DNA of 64,000 nt from Iamia sp. (GTDB taxonomy: Bacteria > Actinomycetota > Acidimicrobiia > Acidimicrobiales > Iamiaceae), in NCBI RefSeq assembly GCF_035575815.1, contig NZ_DATLXO010000120.1, positions 4,234 through 68,233 of the forward strand, given 5' to 3'. Below the pieces are notes generated by a model. The model made no database searches. It saw only the letters and a list, made by a program, of their open reading frames with translations, and was not told the DNA's origin. The position numbers and the translations under genes were made by a program. Every line of letters begins with the position of its first letter. Position 1 is the stretch's first letter. This document shows positions 46,228 to 55,894 of this stretch, piece after piece.

Positions 46228-46453
46228 GCAGCGACTCCATCAACCCGACCACCGCGAGCATCTCGTCGCGATCGGCGTCGTCGGCCTCCAGCGCCGAGAC
46301 TTCGGCCGCGAGCTCGGAGCTTCTGCGCAGCCGTCGAGCCGACTGGATCACTGCCGAACGGATTGCCTCTGACCTCGACAGCCCGGCGGCCTCGAGGGAG
46401 CGCAGGGCACGCTCGGCCTCGTCATTGAGCCGGACAGAGATCGCACGGGCCAT
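46214..46453 (-). CDS. ribbon-helix-helix antitoxin partner of the MazF-like toxin
   Basis: MARAISVRLNDEAERALRSLEAAGLSRSEAIRSAVIQSA is an RHH. 79 aa. 14-nt overlap with the toxin start. Confidence 0.75.
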   Translation of the reverse strand: MARAISVRLNDEAERALRSLEAAGLSRSEAIRSAVIQSARRLRRSSELAAEVSALEADDADRDEMLAVVGLMESLRAPR

Positions 46454-46749
46454 GGGTCCACCGTATCACTAAACGTCATACAACGACGCTCGTTCTGTGC
46501 GTCAGATCCAGGCCCCGGCGGGACCGATCCGGCGACCGGACCTGTCCCTCAGCGCGTGGGCGCTGCCCCACGCGCGAGGCACCAACGCGGGCCGCGACAG
46601 CGGTCGCGGACGACAAGGGAGAGGCTCCGCTACCGGCGTTGGAGAACAAGGGGCGGGCCCATCCGAGGCGTCAACTCCTGGGGCGTGACGTAGATCGGCG
46701 GCGGGCGCTTGGTCGGACCCGGCTCGGCCTGGCCTGTCACGCTGTGCAC

Positions 46750-47221
46750 GTGATGCTCAAGGCGTGCCTCAACGGCCCGCGACTGGATGGTATTGCCCGA
46801 CTTCGCTTCGGTGAACTGGCACGAGCCTGGCCCGCAGGCAGTCGCCCACGCGCTCTTCGACCTCGGCGTTGGCGTCGAGGCGGGACTGTGGCACCCGACG
46901 GCCATCGCCGCTTGGCGCCAATGGGACGGCCATGATCAGTGCCTGCGGGTGCTCCTCGGGGTCGTCGACGACCTCCCCCCTCGGCAGGCGGTTGCCGAGG
47001 CGGCTCGACTCGTCGCGGCGCTGGGCGATGACATCGACGCCACATCGGTGCTCCTACACGGGGAGGGCACCTCGACATGGCCGTTGCTGGGCGAGGCGAT
47101 CCGCCGAGGATTCGACGTCCGGATCGGCCTTGAGGACGCACTCGTGCTCCCCGACGGGTCTGCTGCCGACGGCAACGCGGAGCTCGTGGCCACGGCCCGT
47201 GCGCTGCTCGATCGCACCTGA
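46750..47221 (+). pseudogene. remnant of a beta-keto-acid cleavage enzyme (BKACE/DUF849) gene with internal deletion
   Basis: The family N-terminus VMLKACLNGPR (46750-) is joined out of frame, within about 10 codons, to PDFASVNWHE...GVEAGLW...LLHGEG...W.....A...G...RIGLED.L.LPDG..A..N.ELV. About 100 residues between the motifs are missing. Confidence 0.6.
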
Positions 47222-47300
47222 CGACGCTAGGCGCCCTCGACAAGTAGGCCACGGCGGTCGCCCGCGTCCAGCCCCGTGCGACCCGTCCCTGAACACCGGC

Positions 47301-48075
47301 TCAGCGACAGATGAAGGCACCGACAGCGGTGGGGATGCGGAGCTCACCCTTCGTGGTCAGGCGGTCCGCGCACCGCGCCCGCGCCCCTTCGACCACGTCG
47401 CTCCACGGGACGTTGACCTGGTCTTGGTAGTGGTCGGCGATGCTGGCGACGTAACCGGTGAAGGCGCCGATGTCGGTCACGACGAGGTCGCTTCTCGGGC
47501 AGTCGACCCGCTCGACGAGGGAAAACACGGCGCTCAGCTGCGCGCCGCCGTTCTCGAGGCTGAAGTGCTGATCGGCAGGCTGCCGCATCTGCCACTCGTT
47601 GCCGACGGCCTCCTCCACGATGGCCGCGATGCCGGCCAGGTTGTCCTGACCGTTGGTGATTGCCACGAGGGCCCCATCGCAACACCCGCTTGGCTTCGCG
47701 GAGAGCCTGGGCGACGTCGGGGACGTGGTACAGCATGTGGGGCGCGAGGACGACGTCGACGCTGTTCGACCGAAGTGGGAGGCGCTGAGCGTCGGCCTGG
47801 ACACGGGCTGCCGCGGTGACGTCACCGAGCATGCCCCTGGAGAGGTCGAGCGCGATGCGCATCCCGCGGTGGTGCCGTTCGGAGAGGAGCTGCTCGTAGC
47901 GCCCGTTGCCGCATCCCAGGTCCACCACATCTGCGGACGACTCGGCGTGGAGGCCGGCCAGGTCGAGGACCCAGGGGAACAGGTCGAAGGTCGGTTCACG
48001 CCGGCTGACGGTCCAGAAGTGCTGGCGGGCCGCCAGGTTCTGATCGGTGGCGTACTGAGTCGGCGGGTTCAACAC
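47301..48075 (-). pseudogene. class I SAM-dependent methyltransferase with frameshift
   Basis: The N-terminal part sits in ORF 47344..48075 (VVDLGCGNGRY, LDLS..ML, DVVLAPHMLYHVPD...ALREAKRVLR). The C-terminal part sits in ORF 47301..47999 (DGALVAITNGQDNLAGI...). The frames switch at about 47677. Total length is 775 nt. Confidence 0.75.
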
Positions 48076-48143
48076 GATGGCCTCTGAACGTACACCGAGG
48101 GACCGTCGCGGTTCGCTGGGGAGGCACCTCCTATGGTTCGCCG

Positions 48144-48679
48144 ATGGACCCCCCTTGGGTGCGGTTGACCCTCGACGTCGAGACGCTCGACACCACTGCG
48201 TTCGACGTCGTCGTCGGTGGCTGCCGGAGACAGGGGATCGTCTTTCGAACGATCCACGAACTCGGCGATAGGGACTCGAACCACCGCCGCCTGTACGAGC
48301 TGAACCGGACCTGCTCAGCCGACATCCCTGGACGCGAGGAGTTCTACACCTACGCCGAGTACTGCGCCGAGCGCATCAAGCGGGAGACCTATGACCCAGG
48401 CGCCGTGATCATCGCGCTCGACGGGGACCAGTGGGTCGGGATGTCGGCCGCATCCGACCACCGGGCCCGGGGCTTCTTCTTCAACGAGATGACGGGTGTC
48501 CTCCGGAGCCATCGAGGCCGAGGCATCGCCTGGCCATGAAGGTCCTTGTGATCGCTCGCGTTCGCGACCTTGGCGTTCCCACGATCCGCACAGTCCACCA
48601 TCCTGACAACGAGGCGCCCATCGCACTGAACCGGCGCCTTGGCTACGTCGATGCTGAGCACCTGCCGCCAACCCCATGA
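48144..48679 (+). pseudogene. GNAT acetyltransferase with 1-nt deletion
   Basis: ...WVGMSAAS......FFNEMTGVLRSHRGRGIA then W-P-stop. The +1 frame continues LAMKVLVIARVRDLGVPTIRTVHHPDNEAPIALNRRLGYVD. atcgcctggcc appears where atcgccctggcc is expected (about 48527). Length 536 nt. Confidence 0.7.
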
Positions 48680-48786
48680 GCGGGGCCACCACGATCCTGG
48701 CATCGGGTGACCTGGTCGGCAGCTCGTCATAGGCGAGCGCTACCAGGCGACGGGCCGACCGAGCACCGCAAACCGGACGACCGACC

Positions 48787-50586
48787 TCAGGTGAGGGCGG
48801 CGGCGACGGCGTCGTGGATCTCTCGGTGGACCTCGACGTTGGCGGCCCGCTCGGTGGTGACCCGCACGAGGCGCACCCCCCCGGCGGCGAGCGACGCTCG
48901 CAGCGCCGGGCCCACCTCGGCGGCGGTGGCGGGCTCGATCGTCTCGATGCCGTGGGCGGCAGCCAGGGCCCGCAGGTCGACGCCGTGGGGCGTGCCGTAG
49001 AGCGCCTCGAAGGTCTCGCCCCCCGGGTCGGCGGCCTGGGGCAGGAACGAGAAGATCCCGCCGCCGTCGTTGTCGACCACGACGATCGTGAGATCGGCCC
49101 CGCGCCGGGCCAGGCCGAGCAGCGCGTTGGCGTCGTGCAGCAGGGCCACGTCGCCGACCAGGCAGACAGTGGGTGCGTCGGTGGCCCGGGCCACCCCGAC
49201 CGCGGTGGAGACCACGCCGTCGATGCCGTTGGCGCCCCGGTTGGCGTGGACCTCGACGCCGGCCCGGGGCCGGCCGTACCACTCCAGGTCGCGCACCGGC
49301 ATCGACGACGACACCACCAGCGCCTCGCCCGTCTCGAGGGCGGCGAGCACCGTGCGGGCCACCCCGGGCTCGGTGACCTCGTCGTGGCCGGCGAGCACCT
49401 CGTCGATGGCCCGTTGGGCGATGCCCTCGACCTCGGCCCAGCGACTGGTCCACGCCGGGTCGGTGCGGGGACCGACGAACAGGGCGGCACCGTCGACGGC
49501 CCCGATGGCCTCGGCCAGGGTGGAGGCCGCAGCGGCGACGCGGTGGGCGGCGCCGTGGGCCGGGTCGATCCAGCCGTGAGCGGTCACTCGGATCTCGGTC
49601 GCGACGTGGCTCGCCAGCCACTCGGCGACGACTCGCGATGCGACCGGGGCGCCGAGGTGGACGATCACGTCGGGCACCAGCGCGGCGGCAGTGGCCGGGT
49701 GGCGCAGCACGGCATCGGCGGCCCCGACCACCGTCACCGTCTGGCGGTGCGGACCTCCGAGGGCGCCCCGCAGGCGGGCGTCGACGACGAGCGGCCACCC
49801 GAGGGCCGATGCGACGCTGAGGGCGGCGTCTGCGGTGGCCGCCGTCCCGCCGAGACCCGAGCCGGGCTCGCCGCCGGCGACGACGAGGCCCCGCTCAGCT
49901 CCGCGGACGACGGTCGCGACATCGCCCCAGAGCGGCACCGGGCGGTCGGCGGCGCTCACCGTCCACGGGCTGCGGTCGGGGCGCCCGGGCGGCAACGTCC
50001 CGGCCCGGCCGACGAGCGGCTCGCGGAAGGCCAGCTCCAGGTGCACCGGACCGGGGCGGGTCGCAGCGCCGGCGCCCCGAGCCTCGGCCACGCTGCGCGC
50101 CCCGAGCGCCCGCCACGATGCGGACGACGCCGCGTCGGGCACGCCCGGGGCGTGGTACCAGCGCACCGAGCGACCGAAGAGGTGCACTTGGTCGATGGTC
50201 TGCGGCGCCCCCACGTCGGCCAGCTCGGGCGGCCGATCCGCGGTGACGGCGATGAGCGGGATCGAGGACTGGTGCGCCTCGACCACCGCGGGGTGCAGCT
50301 CGGCCGCCGCCGTGCCGCTGGTGGTGAGCACCACCGCCGGACGTCCTGAGGCCAGGCCCACGCCGAGGGCGGTGAAGGCGCCGGCCCGTTCGTCGTGGTG
50401 GACCTGGATCGCGATGCGGGCGTCGGACGCCAGGGCGAGGGCCATCGGCGTCGACCGGCTGCCCGGGCACACGACCGCGTCGGTGACGCCGGCGCGGGCC
50501 CACTCGTCGACGAGCGTGGCGCAGAACGTCGCCGTCTCGTCCTCGGGCCGACGGGCGGCGGACGAAGGTCGGGGGTCGGGTGACAC
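48787..50586 (-). CDS. menD: SEPHCHC synthase (2-succinyl-5-enolpyruvyl-6-hydroxy-3-cyclohexene-1-carboxylate synthase)
   Basis: From GTG (cac 50584-50586): LVDEWARAGVTDAVVCPGSRSTP.ALA, HHDERAGAF.ALG, TSGTAAA.L.PAVVEA, DRPPEL, and the ThDP motif GD.A.LHD.N.L...........IVVVDNDGGGIF. The upstream part of the 865-aa ORF is the mirror of menH. Confidence 0.9.
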   Translation of the reverse strand: MSPDPRPSSAARRPEDETATFCATLVDEWARAGVTDAVVCPGSRSTPMALALASDARIAIQVHHDERAGAFTALGVGLASGRPAVVLTTSGTAAAELHPAVVEAHQSSIPLIAVTADRPPELADVGAPQTIDQVHLFGRSVRWYHAPGVPDAASSASWRALGARSVAEARGAGAATRPGPVHLELAFREPLVGRAGTLPPGRPDRSPWTVSAADRPVPLWGDVATVVRGAERGLVVAGGEPGSGLGGTAATADAALSVASALGWPLVVDARLRGALGGPHRQTVTVVGAADAVLRHPATAAALVPDVIVHLGAPVASRVVAEWLASHVATEIRVTAHGWIDPAHGAAHRVAAAASTLAEAIGAVDGAALFVGPRTDPAWTSRWAEVEGIAQRAIDEVLAGHDEVTEPGVARTVLAALETGEALVVSSSMPVRDLEWYGRPRAGVEVHANRGANGIDGVVSTAVGVARATDAPTVCLVGDVALLHDANALLGLARRGADLTIVVVDNDGGGIFSFLPQAADPGGETFEALYGTPHGVDLRALAAAHGIETIEPATAAEVGPALRASLAAGGVRLVRVTTERAANVEVHREIHDAVAAALT

Positions 50587-50652
50587 GTCACGCAGCGTAG
50601 GAGTCGGCGGGCTCGATCCCAGGCCCGGGGTGACCGGCTCTACCCTCGGGCG

Positions 50653-51435
50653 ATGGCGCCGACGCTCCACACGGTGACGACGGGCCCCACGTCGCTCGGG
50701 GGCACGGCTGCGACGCGGATCGTGCTCCTGCACGGGTTCACCCAGACCCTTGCCTCGTGGCACGCGCTCGTGCCCACCCTGGCCGCCGCCCACGAGGTGG
50801 TTGCCGTTGACCTGCCCGGCCACGGTGGATCGTCCGCCGCGCGCCTCGACCTGAGGGAAGCCGCGGCCGCGGTGGCCGCGGTTGGCGGACGGGGCACCTA
50901 CGTCGGCTACTCGATGGGCGGACGGGGCGCCCTGCGCCTCGCCCTCGACCACCCCGAGCTGGTGGAGCGCCTCGTGCTGATCGGGGCCACCGCCGGCATC
51001 GACGACGACGCCGAGCGCGCCGCCCGCCGCCGGGCCGACGAGGCCCTCGCCGCCTCGATCGAGGCCGACGGCGTGGCCGCCTTCCTCCGCCGCTGGCTGG
51101 CCCAGCCCCTCTTCGCCGATCTCACCCCCACCGAGACCGACCTTGCGGCGCGTCGGGCCAACACCCCCGACGGACTGGCCGCGTCGCTGCGCCTCTGCGG
51201 CACCGCCACCATGGACCCGCCGTGGTGGGACGAGCTGGCCCGACTCGGAGCCGCCGGCGTGGCGGTGCAGGTGGTGGCCGGAGCTCGCGACGAGAAGTTC
51301 CGGGCCCTCGGGGCCCGCCTGGTCGACGCGATCGGGTCGAGCGCGACGCTCGTCGTCGTCCCCGCCACCGGACACGCCTGTCACCTCGAGGCGCCCGGCC
51401 CGTTCCTGAAGGCCGTCGCCCTCGACGGGCGGTGA
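50653..51435 (+). CDS. menH: SHCHC synthase-type alpha/beta hydrolase
   Basis: IVLLHGFTQT..SW, nucleophile elbow GYSMGG, GA.D.KF, GHA.HLE.P. 260 aa. Divergent from menD. The MenH assignment rests on context. Confidence 0.8.
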   Translation: MAPTLHTVTTGPTSLGGTAATRIVLLHGFTQTLASWHALVPTLAAAHEVVAVDLPGHGGSSAARLDLREAAAAVAAVGGRGTYVGYSMGGRGALRLALDHPELVERLVLIGATAGIDDDAERAARRRADEALAASIEADGVAAFLRRWLAQPLFADLTPTETDLAARRANTPDGLAASLRLCGTATMDPPWWDELARLGAAGVAVQVVAGARDEKFRALGARLVDAIGSSATLVVVPATGHACHLEAPGPFLKAVALDGR

Positions 51436-51557
51436 CCAAAACGGGCAGTGACCCCGGGCGCCGCACCGGCCGGAGCCGGGCGGCGGCCCAGGGCCACCAG
51501 TCGGACGGGATCCACCGAGCGATCGTCACGTGGCGTTAGCCTCGTTCTGACCACTTC

Positions 51558-51601
51558 CATCGCCCGTCGGAGCCGAAGCTCTGGCGGGCGATGTCCTTTT
51601 T
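51558..51601 (+). terminator. Rho-independent terminator downstream of menH
   Basis: CATCGCCCGTCGGAGC-CGAA-GCTCTGGCGGGCGATG (51558-51593) followed by TCCTTTTT. The T-run is present only on the plus strand. Confidence 0.7.
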
Positions 51602-52030
51602 CCGGGCAGCGAGAGCGCCGGAGCGCATCGCTGACCGTCCCACCTTCCCAGGGTGACCCCTGGTCCGGCGGGCCCCGCCCCGCAGGTCGACCCGAGGGCC
51701 TTCCGGCGGAGCGAGCGGTGAAGCTCGTCCTCCACTGCGGTGGTCGGCAACCTGTTCGGCGGATCCGGTTCCCCAGGCGGACCTGGGGTCGTGCTCCGCT
51801 TCCCGTGCTGCTTCCGTGCCGCTGCGGTAAGGGGCACTTTCGGGCACCGAGGGCGGAGGGTCAAGGGGATTCGCGAGATCCACAGGGTTGTCCCCCGACC
51901 TTTCTCCGATGTCCCCAAGGCACCGCCCGTTGTCCACCGGTCGGCCACAGGTTCACCCACAGGCTGGTGACGCTCGCCACGAACCACCGTTCGCTCCGGG
52001 GGCCGAGGCGACGAGCCCTCTCCCGCTCGA

Positions 52031-52135
52031 TCAGGGCGTCAGAGCCTGCCGGACCAGCGCGCTCTTCCCGATCGCCCCGGTCAGCCGCTGAGCCTCGGCC
52101 AGCAGGTCATCCTCGAGAGCCAGGGTCGTTCGCAT
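52031..52135 (-). pseudogene. truncated VapB-like (DUF2191-type) antitoxin
   Basis: RBS GAGGAGG, then ATG (52133-52135): MRTTLALEDDLLAEAQRLTGAIGKSALVRQALTP*. The +1 frame continues LIERERARRLG..., then VASVTSLWVNLWPTG, a weak PIN-like N-terminus. The next about 400 nt have no intact ORF. Confidence 0.5.
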
Positions 52136-52196
52136 CGAGGGCCTCCTCAAGGTACGACTTCAAGCATGAAGTGATGATGATTGCGCTCGCAGCAGA

Positions 52197-54052
<1,856 letters not shown>

Positions 54053-54071
54053 CCGGCGAGGACGCCCACCA

Positions 54072-54099
54072 GGTCCCATGAGGTAGGGACCTTGGTCCC
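54072..54099. promoter_or_regulatory. DosR-box-like palindrome cluster
   Basis: GGTCCC (54072-54077), N8, then the perfect 14-bp palindrome GGGACCTTGGTCCC (54086-54099). Compare the core GGGACTWWAGTCCC of the M. tuberculosis DevR consensus TTSGGGACTWWAGTCCCSAA. A further GGTCC...GTCC half-site pair lies at 54108-54119. Confidence 0.55.
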
Positions 54100-54176
54100 G
54101 TTGGATTGGTCCTTTGTCCTCCTGCGCCGTCGGCCGGCGAGGCGCACGATGAACGTGACAACAGGAGTTCACCTCC

Positions 54177-54296
54177 ATGAACAGGATCCACTTCGACCAC
54201 TGCGTCATCGGTGTTGCCCTGGCGGTCGTGCTGCTCGAGCTCGGAGAGCCCGGTCGACCACGACAAGGTTCGGTGAGCGTCTGCGCCATGTGCTGA
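54177..54296 (+). CDS. possible 39-aa small protein
   Basis: AGGAG 9 nt upstream. MNRIHFDHCVIGVALAVVLLELGEPGRPRQGSVSVCAMC*. The first about 22 codons are strongly GC3-biased. It is below the ORF-track size cut-off. Support is weak. Confidence 0.25.
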   Translation: MNRIHFDHCVIGVALAVVLLELGEPGRPRQGSVSVCAMC

Positions 54297-54347
54297 CCAC
54301 GCCGGTGTCCGACCGATCCCACTCCACCAGAACCCGAAGGAGCGCAC

Positions 54348-54746
54348 ATGACCTCCGCACTGTCTCACCCCGAGCTCCTCACCTGCGCCAACAGGGTCCG
54401 AGCGGCGGCAACTGACCACGACCTCGAGCGGCTGCAGCGGGAAGCGGCTGACCTCCTGGACGCCTTTGTCGAACACACCAGCGAGGAGCGACTGGTCCTG
54501 CAGCGGCTGCCGACGTTCACCGCTCGGCTCGTCCGCCGAGGTCAAGAACGGCTCCTCGACCAGCTCATCGCCCTGTCGGTCGAGACGGAGGATGTGGACA
54601 CCACGTGCCGCTGCGAACAGCTCGGCACCGACGTCATATGGCAGATCGAGCTGCAAGCCGACGCCGAGCGGCGAGCATTCGGACGAGCCGGCGTCAACAT
54701 CGACCGGCCACGAACGACGTCGCGCACACCCGGGTTGGAGGGGTGA
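54348..54746 (+). CDS. helical protein, tentatively hemerythrin-like (HHE)
   Basis: 132 aa. FVEHTSEERLVLQRLP resembles the H-x3-E-E...L motif also seen in the RIC protein of this window (HLDEEEATLFPAI). It shares RGQERLL and a Cys-containing helix with the next gene. Confidence 0.5.
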   Translation: MTSALSHPELLTCANRVRAAATDHDLERLQREAADLLDAFVEHTSEERLVLQRLPTFTARLVRRGQERLLDQLIALSVETEDVDTTCRCEQLGTDVIWQIELQADAERRAFGRAGVNIDRPRTTSRTPGLEG

Positions 54747-54807
54747 TGAGGCGGCCGTTCGCCCATACCGTGGCGGGGGCCGACCGGCCCATGGTGGAGC
54801 CGTTCCC

Positions 54808-55314
54808 ATGGTGACGGCGGGAAACCCCACGCCGACGCACCGCGATCTCCTCCACCTCGTACGGGAGGTCCAGGCCGCGGCGGTGGTGCCCGAGGATGTG
54901 CGACTCGGCCACGCGGTGCGGCGCCTGCGCGCCCAGCTCGAGGTACACGTCGCCGGAGAGCGACGGGATCAAGGTCCGCGGCCGAGTGCCGTGGAACAGG
55001 CCCTCCATCGCGGTCAAGAGCGACTGCTCTCTCTGGTGGCGAGCCTCGAGCAAGAGTCGTGCCAGGACAGCGTGAGGCCATGTGTCGTTCGCGTCGCCGA
55101 GCTGGCGGCGCTGCTGCGCCGCCAAGCGGCGCTGGAGCAGCGCATGTCCCGGGTGCTCGACCTCCGAACGGGTGGAGAGAGTGTGACGCCGCCGGTGCCC
55201 GCCCCGGGGGAGCGGGGCTCAGGTGGGACTCAGGCGCCTTCGGGGATGGCGTCCCACCACTGGCACCACCAGTTGGCCCCCACGAGGATGCGCAGCTTCG
55301 GACGCCAGCAGTAG
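54808..55314 (+). CDS. paralogue of the preceding helical protein
   Basis: ATG 54808. LEVHVAGERR...HRGQERLLSLVASLEQESC aligns with VEHTSEERL...RRGQERLLDQLIALSVETED..C of 54348-54746. GC3 is high. The last 85 nt overlap the convergent HiPIP gene, so the true end is uncertain. Confidence 0.45.
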   Translation: MVTAGNPTPTHRDLLHLVREVQAAAVVPEDVRLGHAVRRLRAQLEVHVAGERRDQGPRPSAVEQALHRGQERLLSLVASLEQESCQDSVRPCVVRVAELAALLRRQAALEQRMSRVLDLRTGGESVTPPVPAPGERGSGGTQAPSGMASHHWHHQLAPTRMRSFGRQQ

Positions 55315-55421
55315 GAGATGTCCGCGGTGTTCTCCAGGTAGTACAGGCAGTCGTCACAGCGCTCGTCTTCCGAGGGGCTGCCCTTCAGCACGGCGTTGGA
55401 GGAAAGGTGACGCAGCTCCAT
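55230..55421 (-). CDS. minimal HiPIP-like [4Fe-4S] protein (63 aa, no signal peptide)
   Basis: RCDDCLYYLENTADISYCWRPKLRILVGANWWCQWW has Cys spacing C-x2-C-x12-C-x13-C and a W-C-x-W-W tail. Compare Allochromatium HiPIP C.NC...C.LFPGKLINVNGWCASW. Confidence 0.65.
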   Translation of the reverse strand: MELRHLSSNAVLKGSPSEDERCDDCLYYLENTADISYCWRPKLRILVGANWWCQWWDAIPEGA

Positions 55422-55493
55422 CGGGAGCTCCTCGTGGATCTCCTTCGGTTCAGTTCAGGGTCACAGATGGGGTCAATCGGACATCGCCCGAAG

Positions 55494-55838
55494 CTACCCA
55501 GTGGCATCCCTCGACGCTGAAGGCCCGGGACCGGAGCCGTGCTCGCAAGGGGCCGCAGCGTCCGCGCTGGCTGAGTGCCAGCTGCATTCGCCCGCCACGA
55601 CGGGACTCGTGGTGACCTGCACGATCTCGCCGTTGCTGGCCACCTGCCACCCGTGGAGCGACTGCTGGAGCAGGTCGACGAGGGCGGAGGGATCGTCATG
55701 GTCGTGGACGACCTCCCAGCAGCCGGCCATGGCGCTCATCTGGACGTGGTGGACGAGCGGCCGGGCCAGGAGCTCGTCTCGCACCGCGTTCATGCACCAG
55801 GAGCAGTTGGCGCTCTCGACCCGTATCACCGTGCGCAT
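55494..55838 (-). CDS. HMA-like (ferredoxin-fold, CxxC) small protein
   Basis: RBS GGAGAGAGAG. MRTVIRVESANCSWCMNAVRDELLARPLVHHVQMSAMAGCWEVVHDHDDPSALVDLLQQSLHGWQV follows the beta-alpha-beta-beta-alpha-beta HMA pattern, with NCSWC in place of MTCxxC. 114 aa. Confidence 0.5.
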   Translation of the reverse strand: MRTVIRVESANCSWCMNAVRDELLARPLVHHVQMSAMAGCWEVVHDHDDPSALVDLLQQSLHGWQVASNGEIVQVTTSPVVAGECSWHSASADAAAPCEHGSGPGPSASRDATG

Positions 55839-55894
55839 CGCTATCTCTCTCTCCGTTGTCCGTCGTGGCCAGGGCCGAGCCGCAGCTCGGGCCG

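Noticed and set aside
46453-46750. Hairpin-rich ~300-nt gap (GCGCGTGGG-CGCTG-CCCACGCGC; CCGCGAC-AGCG-GTCGCGG) as an RNA gene or mobile-element end
   Set aside because: There is no promoter/terminator pair, no repeat partner elsewhere in the window and no coding signal. It is most simply degraded island sequence between the RHH gene and the BKACE remnant.
20100-48700. All frameshifts as sequencing errors
   Set aside because: This is possible for the single-base lesions in G/C runs (vapC, GNAT, hepT). It is not possible for the 14-bp duplication, the BKACE internal deletion or the truncated PIN/vapB/DUF488 genes. More than 50 kb of core genes show no frameshift. The idea is kept as a caveat rather than the main explanation.
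51602-52000. Structured RNA gene (RNase P RNA, tmRNA, group II intron) in the ORF-free, lower-GC stretch
   Set aside because: I looked on both strands. There is no GAGGAAAGUCCGG or ACAGAACCCGGC-type RNase P block, no tRNA-like acceptor/T-arm end or tag ORF for tmRNA, and no GUGYG 5-prime end or domain V. The weak resemblances (ggtaagggg, ggagggtcaagggg) are too short. VapBC decay explains the region better. A covariance search is still needed.
54694-55125. 143-aa minus ORF antisense to the second hemerythrin-like gene
   Set aside because: The plus frame shares ordered motifs with its upstream paralogue and has the higher GC3. The minus ORF has no recognisable features.
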